Positions 1 through 6,989 of a stretch of 17,668 bases of DNA are shown piece by piece; positions within the stretch are counted from its first letter, which is position 1, and each line of letters starts with the position of its first letter. A program made the position numbers and the translations under genes. Below the pieces are notes generated by a model. The model was not told where the DNA came from. It saw only the letters and a list, made by a program, of their open reading frames with translations, and did not search any database. The stretch is from Candidatus Asbonarchaeum danakilense (GTDB lineage Archaea; Nanohalarchaeota; Nanosalinia; Nanosalinales; Nanoanaerosalinaceae), in contig JAXINV010000076.1 in NCBI GenBank assembly GCA_034190465.1, positions 1 through 17,668 on the forward strand. Reading direction: 5' to 3'.

Positions 1-2
1 GA

Positions 3-231
3 TGCGCCGCACCGGCTTCCGCGTGGGCGGATGGCGGTTCAACAAGCCTTCCAGTCGGTTCGCTTCGCGAACCGGCTACGCGTCCCACTTCCGCCTAGGA
101 AGTGCGCCGCACAGCGTTTCTCCGCCAGGAGAACGCTGTTCAAGCAGCGGCAGCGGAGCTGCCGGTGCGCCGGCCGGGATTTGAACCCGCAGCGAAGAAG
201 CAAGTTCTTCTGGACGGTTCAAATCACCGGC
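3..231. repeat. Tandem array of six GC-rich hairpins (REP-like palindromic repeats) downstream of tRNA-Gly
   Basis: Stem-loops read by eye: 11-38 (2 mismatches); 53-77 (AGTCGGTTCGC-TTC-GCGAACCGGCT); 86-104 (CACTTCC/GGAAGTG); 111-139 (ACAGCGTTTCTCC/GGAGAACGCTGT); 148-164 (CGGCAGC-GGA-GCTGCCG); 173-231 (GCCGGGATTTGAACC.../...GGTTCAAATCACCGGC). TGCGCCG recurs at 3, 103, 166 and 250. Confidence 0.8.
166..189 (-). repeat. Exact 24-bp duplicate of the tRNA-Gly 3' end (T-arm plus acceptor 3' strand)
   Basis: TGCGCCGGCCGGGATTTGAACCCG at 166-189 is identical to 250-273. The copies are separated by 60 bp. Confidence 0.95.
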
Positions 232-249
232 TCTAGCATATCTCTGATA

Positions 250-322
250 TGCGCCGGCCGGGATTTGAACCCGGGTCGCCAGCATGGGAGGCTGGAGTCG
301 TAAGCCACTGGACCACCGGCGC
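250..322 (-). tRNA. tRNA-Gly(CCC), no intron, CCA not encoded
   Basis: The reverse complement folds as a cloverleaf: acceptor GCGCCGG/CCGGCGC, D-loop with TGG, anticodon arm CCAGC-CT-CCC-AT-GCTGG, T arm CCGGG-TTCAAAT-CCCGG, discriminator A. Confidence 0.96.
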
Positions 323-384
323 CCGTAACCGCCCGTAGCGTCGGGCAACCGTCTTTTTTATGCTCAGCTTCATAAGGTTTTACC

Positions 385-1098
385 ATGGCACGGCAGTGGG
401 ATGAATGGTTCAGGCGTGCCCGTGAAGAAGGCATGACACGGCAGGAGGTCCGTGACCATCTGCGGCAGCAGGGTTACAACGCCGACCAGCTGATGGAGCA
501 GTACTGGCCCGCGCAGACCGACGACACCGACCTCCAGCGCCAGGCCCGACAGCCAGCCGAACGCGAGGAAGACCTGCAGACCACGACCCAGGGCTACACC
601 GACACCGTCCTGACCGTGTTCAGCTCTCCTTCCGGCTTCTTCAGGCGGCTCGACCCCGATGTCGGTGCCGCAGCCAGGTTCGCCGCCGCCAACATCGCCG
701 GCTTCCTCATCCTCAACGTCCTCATCGGCACGCTGATCGGCCTGCTACTGGGCGGCGGCCTCGTCGGCAGCGCCACCGCCTCCCTCATCGACGGCGGCCT
801 GCTCGCCGGCGGGTTCGTGCTCGGTGCCGCAGTCCTGACCCTCTACCTGGGCCTGGTCTTCGTCGTATTGAAGAGCGCCCTGGACTGGACACAGGTCCTC
901 GTCTCCGTCCTGTACGCCAGCTTCGCTCTCCTCATCACATGGCCGCCGATAATCGGACGATTCCTCGGTCTTTACGGATTCTACACCGTCTACACCGGTG
1001 TCGAGGAACAGGTCGAATCGAAGCTGCACAGCTTCACCCTCATCTTCGCTCCCGCCGTCCTCGTCGCGGTCATCGCGGCGATCGCCTCGCTGCTATGA
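385..1098 (+). CDS. Yip1-like multi-pass membrane protein with a small N-terminal helical domain
   Basis: VLTVFSSPSGFFRRL resembles the Yip1 amphipathic entry motif and is followed by about 5 hydrophobic segments. The N-terminus is soluble (WFRRAREEGMTRQEVRDHLRQQGY) with a Q/T/D linker. TTTTTTA lies about 25 bp upstream of the ATG. Confidence 0.7.
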   Translation: MARQWDEWFRRAREEGMTRQEVRDHLRQQGYNADQLMEQYWPAQTDDTDLQRQARQPAEREEDLQTTTQGYTDTVLTVFSSPSGFFRRLDPDVGAAARFAAANIAGFLILNVLIGTLIGLLLGGGLVGSATASLIDGGLLAGGFVLGAAVLTLYLGLVFVVLKSALDWTQVLVSVLYASFALLITWPPIIGRFLGLYGFYTVYTGVEEQVESKLHSFTLIFAPAVLVAVIAAIASLL

Positions 1099-1139
1099 TC
1101 AGCGGTAGAATTATAATCATCGCGCACCCAGTCCTCCAC

Positions 1140-1751
1140 ATGACGTGGCGGGAGAAATCGGTCACAGTCGATGCCGACAGCGAATTCATCTTCAAATCCG
1201 TCCTCGGAGATGTCAAGATCGACCTGTCCGGTATCAAGCGGGACGAACTGACCCGGGGCGATGAGTGGAAGAAGATCAAATCCACCATGGACCCGAACGA
1301 GATCCTGGAGGGCTTCCTGCCCTGGGACCGCGTCACCGAGATCTCGACCAAGGAGGACTTCCTCAGTTACCCGCACATCGACATCGAGGTCGAGAAAGAA
1401 GATGCTCCCGGCACAAAACGGTTGATGATCTTCTTCAAGAAGGACACACCGGAAGGATTTGACGAAGTCCAGGACTGCTTCAAGACCATCCGGAAGATGT
1501 GGAACGCCTACCGGCAGCGGAACAAGCTCCACTCCCTCAACTACAGCTTCCAGGACAACACCCACCGGCTCACCCCGGAGGAAACCGGGGAGGAACAAGA
1601 GGGTGACGAAGCGACCAGCGACAAGGAGGAAAGAGAGGAAGACGAGGAACAGCGGCAGCAGGACGACGGAGACAGTGACGGCGGCATCGGCGACATCATC
1701 GACAAGGCGCTCAGCAGCCCCGGCGACCTGATGGACAGGTTCGGGTCGTAG
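1140..1751 (+). CDS. Hypothetical protein (203 aa): possible PH-like beta domain, acidic linker, C-terminal amphipathic helix
   Basis: ATG 1140 chosen because ATTATAA (1110-1116) lies about 25 bp upstream and the ORF-track start overlaps the previous gene. LPWDRVTEI...IDIEV...LMIFF followed by a helix suggests a PH-like fold (inference). The tail is D/E-rich. Confidence 0.7.
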   Translation: MTWREKSVTVDADSEFIFKSVLGDVKIDLSGIKRDELTRGDEWKKIKSTMDPNEILEGFLPWDRVTEISTKEDFLSYPHIDIEVEKEDAPGTKRLMIFFKKDTPEGFDEVQDCFKTIRKMWNAYRQRNKLHSLNYSFQDNTHRLTPEETGEEQEGDEATSDKEEREEDEEQRQQDDGDSDGGIGDIIDKALSSPGDLMDRFGS

Positions 1752-1831
1752 CGGCCGCTAAAGGACCGAAACAGGGGCCAGGCAACACATTTATATTATC
1801 TCACCGGGAAGTGAGGTATGAGGGCTGTTTA

Positions 1832-2470
1832 ATGGGAGTGATCCAGGACATCGCAGAGAAGGTCTTCGGCTCACCTGACGGTTCGCTTGATATCGAGCAG
1901 CTTACGCTGGACCAGCTCAACGAGGAGAAGGCCAACATCAAGGCCTCGGTCAGACTCAAGCGTGACAGGCACGAAGACCTCGCGAAGAAACGTGAACGAC
2001 TGTTCGAAAAGATCGTCGACACCGACGACGACCTTCTCAAAAAGGAACTTGCAGAAGAGATCTCCTCCATCGAGGACGAGATGGCAATCCTGCACAACGA
2101 GCACGCCCAGCTCATGGACGCCCTCCGGGTCATCGACGGCCTGATCTCCATCAAGCGCAAGGAGCAGATGATGGAGCGTGAAGGCCTGATCAACGAGATC
2201 CGCAACATGAAGAAGGAGGACATCGTCGAGAAACTGCGCAGGGCCGACGTCCGGGAGATGATCCGGGACGAACAGTGGGACCGTCTCAACTCCATGCTCA
2301 AAGGCCAGCTCTCACCGAAGGAGCGCCAGAACGAGCGCGTGGACGAGATCATCCAGCAGGCAGAGGATATCAAGAACCTGCAGGACGAGCTCGGTACCGA
2401 AGAAGCCGTCAAGGAGGCGCTGCGCAACCGCGACGAGAAACGGAAGGAAGACCGTGAGATGAACGTATAG
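1832..2470 (+). CDS. Coiled-coil protein, putative ESCRT-III/CdvB(Snf7)-like (212 aa)
   Basis: Helix-favouring charged protein of ESCRT-III size with N-terminal amphipathic MGVIQDIAEKVFG and a long helical hairpin. RERLFEKIV...LAEEISSI resembles the CdvB hairpin turn. It lies directly upstream of a Vps4-like ATPase. TTTATATT at about 1790-1797. Confidence 0.7.
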   Translation: MGVIQDIAEKVFGSPDGSLDIEQLTLDQLNEEKANIKASVRLKRDRHEDLAKKRERLFEKIVDTDDDLLKKELAEEISSIEDEMAILHNEHAQLMDALRVIDGLISIKRKEQMMEREGLINEIRNMKKEDIVEKLRRADVREMIRDEQWDRLNSMLKGQLSPKERQNERVDEIIQQAEDIKNLQDELGTEEAVKEALRNRDEKRKEDREMNV

Positions 2471-2500
2471 CGCTCCCATCGCTTCTGAAGGTGGCAGGCC

Positions 2501-3688
2501 TTGTACGAGAAAAAGCTGCGCGAAATCTTCAAGGAAAACAAGAACAAGGCAGAGGCAGCACTGGACCAAGGCGACAAGGCGGCGGCCGCATCCTACTACG
2601 AGAACTGTGGCGACATCCTGATGGAAGAAGCTAAGAACAAAACAGGCCCCGCCAAGAAAGAGAAAAAGAACCTCGCCGAGAAATACTACGAGATCAGCAA
2701 AAACCTCGCCGGTCGCAGCGACTCGCTCAAGGAGAAATACAACGGCGGCGGAAGCGGGGGTGACGGGAAAAGCGGTTCCGGAAGCTCCGAGGACGACGAC
2801 TTCGCCGAATACGTCCAGCGGTTCATCCAGGAATCCAACACCACCTGGAACGATGTCGCAGGGCTGCAGGAGACGAAAAAGAACCTGCGTGAATCGTTCG
2901 CCCTCTCCGCCATCGAGAACAAGCCCGCCGCCATCGAATCCATCCACTCCATCCTGCTGTACGGCCCGCCAGGCACCGGTAAGACGCTGCTCGCGTCCGC
3001 TGTCGCCGGCTCCCACGACTACCCCTTCTTCAACGTCAAACTATCCCACGCCCTCTCCAAGTACTACGGCGAATCCGGCAAGATCATCTCCCAGCTGTTC
3101 AGCGCGGCACGGGAGAAGGCTCCGGCGATCGTCTTCTTCGATGAACTGGACTCCATCGCGATGTCACGGGGCGGAGACATGGACGAAGCCACCAGGCGCG
3201 TGCTCTCCACACTTCTCACAGAACTTTCCGGGTTCGACAAGGAGAACAGCGACATCATGTTCGTCGGCGCCACCAACACCCCCTGGGACCTTGACCCCGC
3301 CATCCTCTCACGTATCGAGCGTGTCATCTACGTACCACTGCCTGACGAGACCACTGCCCGGAAGATCATCGAGCTCAATACCGTCGAAGAAGGCCTCGAA
3401 ATGGACTGTAACGTCGAGGACGTCGCCAGGCAGTGCGTTGACCGGAACTACTCCGGCAGAGAGATCAAGAACGTTACCAAAGAAGCCGTCAGGCACATGG
3501 TCGACGCGATGAACCCTGAACTGGAGAACCTCGCCGATCAGCCGGTCGATGATGTACGGGACTACCAGCTCAATTTGCGTGGTCTGACATTCGACGACTT
3601 CAAACACGCATTCCAGCAGATCGATCCCAAGACCGACCCGCAGATGGTGCAGCGGTACAGGGAGTGGGGTGAACAGTTCGGTGGTTGA
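2501..3688 (+). CDS. Vps4/CdvC-like AAA+ ATPase with N-terminal MIT-like domain
   Basis: Three-helix N-terminus (KAEAALDQGDKAAAASYYENC...AEKYYEISKNL) and a G/S linker. Motifs: TWNDVAGL, Walker A GPPGTGKT, pore loop SKYYGES, Walker B VFFDELD, GATNTPWDLDPAILSR, YSGREI, and a Vps4-type C-terminal helix YREWGEQFGG. Single AAA domain. TTG start preceded by SD-like GAAGGTGG. Confidence 0.88.
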   Translation: MYEKKLREIFKENKNKAEAALDQGDKAAAASYYENCGDILMEEAKNKTGPAKKEKKNLAEKYYEISKNLAGRSDSLKEKYNGGGSGGDGKSGSGSSEDDDFAEYVQRFIQESNTTWNDVAGLQETKKNLRESFALSAIENKPAAIESIHSILLYGPPGTGKTLLASAVAGSHDYPFFNVKLSHALSKYYGESGKIISQLFSAAREKAPAIVFFDELDSIAMSRGGDMDEATRRVLSTLLTELSGFDKENSDIMFVGATNTPWDLDPAILSRIERVIYVPLPDETTARKIIELNTVEEGLEMDCNVEDVARQCVDRNYSGREIKNVTKEAVRHMVDAMNPELENLADQPVDDVRDYQLNLRGLTFDDFKHAFQQIDPKTDPQMVQRYREWGEQFGG

Positions 3689-3689
3689 T

Positions 3690-4385
3690 ATGCGACGTGT
3701 CCTCATCCTTCTCACCGCAGCCGTCCTCGCCGGATGTCTGGGCGGTAACGTCACTGAACAGCAGGCAATGGAAGCTGTCAGGCAGACCGACAGCTACCAG
3801 CAGCTCAACGGCAACGTCACAACCACCGCCTGGAAGGTCAACCAGTCCTCGTTCCGTCAGGCAGCCAACATCTCCGGCGTACCAACCCAGCGACAGGCGG
3901 TGCTCTACGGCCTCCAGACCTTCAGCGACTTCCCGACTGACCCCGGTTTCATCGTCCGCGCCACCGGTGACGACGCCGGATACTACTACCACGTCGGTCA
4001 GGACGGCAAAGTGAGCGCAACGGTCAGCATGGACGCCCTGCAGAAAGAGATAACGTCCAAGATGCAGCAGACGCTCGCCGACATGCAGCAAAACATCCAG
4101 CAGATGCAGCAGTGTTCGATAACCCGCCTATCGATAGAGATGGCACGTTACAGCAACGACGACAGCCTTTTAACGGTCAGCGTCCTCAACACCGGGCAGC
4201 GGACAGTCCCAACGATCCGTGCTGAAGCCCTGAATGACGGCGCAGCAGTAAAATCAACGACAGCCCAGGAACTTGCTGCAGGCGAGTACAGCACATTCCG
4301 ATTGACGGTCGAACGCCAGCCCGATACGGTACGGATCGTTCCGACCGGCTGCCCCGACTTCGCTGTGACCCAGTCCCTCCGATGA
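3690..4385 (+). CDS. Predicted lipoprotein with C-terminal Ig/pilin-like beta domain
   Basis: MRRVLILLTAAVLAG-C lipobox. Starts 1 nt after the ATPase stop. Sequons NVT (x2), NQS and NIS, a Q-rich helix, and a C-terminal domain with VSVLNTG and a Cys pair (CSIT...TGCP). Confidence 0.8.
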   Translation: MRRVLILLTAAVLAGCLGGNVTEQQAMEAVRQTDSYQQLNGNVTTTAWKVNQSSFRQAANISGVPTQRQAVLYGLQTFSDFPTDPGFIVRATGDDAGYYYHVGQDGKVSATVSMDALQKEITSKMQQTLADMQQNIQQMQQCSITRLSIEMARYSNDDSLLTVSVLNTGQRTVPTIRAEALNDGAAVKSTTAQELAAGEYSTFRLTVERQPDTVRIVPTGCPDFAVTQSLR

Positions 4386-4409
4386 CACGGGCCGGCAGGC
4401 CGTGACAGA

Positions 4410-4650
4410 AACAGGCTTATATATCGTTCCACACCGATAAGATACCCGAAAAAAGACCGCATAGAATCAAGGAGACCGTAAAACGCTTTTTCTCCGCATA
4501 TAAAGAAAGAAAAAACGCTTTACCAGTGTTCGGCACTGTTGCAACTTTTCCAACCAGATTCATCACCCTTAAATGGAAATTTATCGGCGGAGAGGTTCTA
4601 TAAACGTAGAATTCGCCGTTTGGAACAATCGACACCTTTATATAAGTGGT
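4410..4650. other. AT-rich symmetric intergenic region of unknown function (ori-like or ncRNA candidate)
   Basis: Longest non-coding AT-rich stretch in the window. Inverted CTTATATA (4416-4423)/TATATAAG (4639-4646) and GTTCCA (4426-4431)/TGGAAC (4621-4626). Direct repeat AAAACGCTTT at 4480 and 4512. Confidence 0.4.
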
Positions 4651-4671
4651 GGGGGTAATGGAGGGAATAGT

Positions 4672-4956
4672 ATGGCAGCAGACGAGGACGCCCTCGCACT
4701 CTATCGGCGGGGAGCGATCCTGTTCATAAGTTCGCTTGCGGTCGTGATGACCGGGGGCGGGCTTGTGTACTACGCTGGCTTCGCCGACTCCCTCGCATCC
4801 AACGTCGCCAGCCTGATGATCAGCCTGGTCGGCGGGTACGTCCTGAAGGATGCGCTCATCCCCGGCCTCAATGTCGCCATGGATGTCGGCAGAACCTTCC
4901 TGGGAGTGGCATTCACCGTGGGCAGGCAACTCATCCGGCTGCTCCTCCATATCTGA
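4672..4956 (+). CDS. Small hydrophobic membrane protein (94 aa)
   Basis: TTTATATAAG (4637-4646) and GGAGGG precede ATG 4672. Two to three hydrophobic segments and host-like codon usage. TTTT run after the stop. Confidence 0.7.
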   Translation: MAADEDALALYRRGAILFISSLAVVMTGGGLVYYAGFADSLASNVASLMISLVGGYVLKDALIPGLNVAMDVGRTFLGVAFTVGRQLIRLLLHI

Positions 4957-5030
4957 CCCTTTTCTCCGCCCGCCCACTGCAGCGCCTATGGATTTAATTA
5001 GCTGTAGCCGTAACAGTATCCCGTGATACC

Positions 5031-6131
5031 ATGCTCATCGGCGTACCCCAGGAACGGAAAGACAACGAGAACCGTGTCGGGATGACGCCCGCAGGCGTTC
5101 AGAAACTCGTCAGCAACGGCCACACAGTCAGGATCGAAGAAGGGGCAGGCAGGGGCTCCGGCATCAGCGACGACGCATACCGTCAGGCAGGTGCCGAGTT
5201 CGTGGGGCAGGACGACAGCTGGGATGTCGACATGGTCGTCAAGGTCAAGGAACCCCTCGAATCAGAGTACGGCTACCTCGACGACCAGCTCATCTTCACC
5301 TACTTCCACCTCGCCGCCTTCCCCGACCTGACTGAGAAACTGCTCGACACCGACGTCACAGCGGTCGCCTACGAGACCGTCGAGGAGGGCGGCGACCTGC
5401 CGCTGCTGCGGCCGATGAGCCAGGTCGCCGGCAGGATGGCGCCGCTGATGGGGGCTTACTACCAGACCAGGCACAACAACGGGCGCGGCGTCCTGCCGCC
5501 AGGCATGCCCGGTGTCGAGCCCGCAGACGTCACCGTGGTCGGTGGTGGCACCGTCGGGAAGAACGCCGCCGAGGTCGCCGCCGGCATGGGCGCCGACGTC
5601 ACCGTCCTGGAGATCGACCAGGCACGGATGGAGCACCTGGAGGACGTGCTGCCCGCCAACGTTGACACCGTGCTGTCCAACGAGGTCAACATCGAGAAGC
5701 ACGTCACCGGGTCGGACATCGTCGTCGGCGCGGTCCTGGTACCTGGCGCGGCAGCGCCCGAGGTCGTGACCGAGGACCACGTCAGAGGGATGGACGACGG
5801 CTCGGTCATCGTCGACGTCGCAGTAGATCAGGGCGGCTGTGTCGCGACAACGAGACCGACCCACCACTCCGACCCGACGTACGTCGAGCACGGCGTGGTG
5901 CACTACGCCGTGACCAACATGCCCGGCGCGTACGCCCGGACAGCGACCTACGGCCTGACCAACGCCACGATCGACTACGCCGTCGAGCTGGCGGACAAGG
6001 GCTGGAAGCAGGCCTGCCAGGATAATCCTGCGCTCCGGAAGGGGCTCAACGTGGCCGGGGGACGGGTCACGGAGCAGCCGGTCGCCGAGGAGTTCGGCAT
6101 GGACTACACCCCGCCCGAGGACCTGCTCTGA
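5031..6131 (+). CDS. ald: Alanine dehydrogenase (NAD-dependent, AlaDH/PNT family)
   Basis: Motifs IGVPQE...ENRV, VKVKEP, YFHLAA, AYETV, PMSQVAGR, Rossmann GGGTVG, AVLVPGAAAP, DVAVDQGG and NMPGA. TTTAATTA upstream. Confidence 0.96.
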   Translation: MLIGVPQERKDNENRVGMTPAGVQKLVSNGHTVRIEEGAGRGSGISDDAYRQAGAEFVGQDDSWDVDMVVKVKEPLESEYGYLDDQLIFTYFHLAAFPDLTEKLLDTDVTAVAYETVEEGGDLPLLRPMSQVAGRMAPLMGAYYQTRHNNGRGVLPPGMPGVEPADVTVVGGGTVGKNAAEVAAGMGADVTVLEIDQARMEHLEDVLPANVDTVLSNEVNIEKHVTGSDIVVGAVLVPGAAAPEVVTEDHVRGMDDGSVIVDVAVDQGGCVATTRPTHHSDPTYVEHGVVHYAVTNMPGAYARTATYGLTNATIDYAVELADKGWKQACQDNPALRKGLNVAGGRVTEQPVAEEFGMDYTPPEDLL

Positions 6132-6189
6132 GGCCCGGGCTTTAAAACCGTTGGAGCCGCGTTGTTCCCGTCCAGACGAGGTGACTTCG

Positions 6190-6951
6190 ATGATCGAATT
6201 AGCGACCAACGACAACGACAAGCTGGAAGCGATCGAGGACTACGTCAACGAACACGACCATATCAGCCAGTACTGGGACTGCGCCAACGTCATCGCCAAG
6301 GACCGGATGGAGATGAACGACCACGGCGAGAAACACATCGAGATCGTGACGAACAACGCACTGCAGCTGCTCCGGCTGCTGCATGACAGAAAGACGCCCG
6401 GCATCATCGAGGACTACGGCATGGACGAGGAGGACGCCGAGGTCGTCGTCGCGCTGGCCGGCCTGCTGCACGACGTCGGGCACATCATCCACCGGTACAA
6501 GCACTCCGAGTACAGCCTGCCGATCGCAGCGGACCTGATCGAGGAGCTGGTCGGCGACATGTACGACGATCAGGAACAGGTCATCCTCAAGTCCGAGATC
6601 CTGCACTGCATCCAGAGCCACCACAAGAAAGCCAACCCGCTGACCCTGGAGGCCGGCATCCTCCGCGTGGCGGATAGCCTGGACATGGAGAAAGGTCGTG
6701 CCAGTCCGAAGAAACCGGACAACATGTCGATCCACGGTATCTCCGCGCTCTCCATCGAGAACGTCGAGATCGGGCCGGGAGAGCAGAAACCGGTGCTAAT
6801 CGAGATCGAGATGAGCAACTCCTCTGGCATCTTCCAGCTTGACGAACTGGCGAAGAAGAAAATCGAGGGCTCCGGCCTCGAGGACCTGATCCATCTCCGG
6901 GCGCAGATCGAGGGTGAGGAGAAGAAGATCGTCGACCAGTACGAACTCTGA
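6190..6951 (+). CDS. HD-superfamily metal-dependent phosphohydrolase (COG3294-like)
   Basis: Motifs NDHGEKH, LLHDVGH, QSHH and ADSLDMEKGR. SD GAGGTGA at 6178-6184 before ATG 6190. TTTAAAA at 6141-6147. Confidence 0.9.
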   Translation: MIELATNDNDKLEAIEDYVNEHDHISQYWDCANVIAKDRMEMNDHGEKHIEIVTNNALQLLRLLHDRKTPGIIEDYGMDEEDAEVVVALAGLLHDVGHIIHRYKHSEYSLPIAADLIEELVGDMYDDQEQVILKSEILHCIQSHHKKANPLTLEAGILRVADSLDMEKGRASPKKPDNMSIHGISALSIENVEIGPGEQKPVLIEIEMSNSSGIFQLDELAKKKIEGSGLEDLIHLRAQIEGEEKKIVDQYEL

Positions 6952-6989
6952 CCGGAATTTTTATTACCTTCTCCGAGCGACACCCTCAC

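Noticed and set aside
166..231. Second tRNA gene or split-tRNA half
   Set aside because: Only the last 24 nt of tRNA-Gly are present, with no D arm or anticodon arm and no BHB leader. The complete gene is adjacent.
1..330. CRISPR array or integrated provirus at tRNA-Gly
   Set aside because: There are no identical regularly spaced repeats with unique spacers and no cas or integrase gene, and only 60 bp lie between the duplicated ends.
2..434. Short ORFs 2..184, 31..303, 76..348 and 219..434
   Set aside because: They overlap the tRNA and hairpin array, and their R/S/P/G-rich composition is unlike host proteins.
2468..2503. Stop-codon read-through fusing the ESCRT-III-like ORF to the in-frame ATPase
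   Set aside because: Two in-frame stops intervene (TAG 2468-2470 and TGA 2486-2488), and an SD-like GAAGGTGG supports independent TTG initiation.
2501..3688. ATPase as CDC48/VAT, PAN or FtsH
   Set aside because: It has a single AAA domain, no TM or protease domain, no PAN coiled-coil/OB region and no RPGR motif. PWDLD and the C-terminal EWxxQFG fit the Vps4 clade.
4417..4977. Minus-strand 186-aa ORF, or the 4573 extended start, covering the AT-rich region
   Set aside because: Composition is atypical, the ORF runs through TATA boxes, and it conflicts with the better supported + strand gene starting at 4672.
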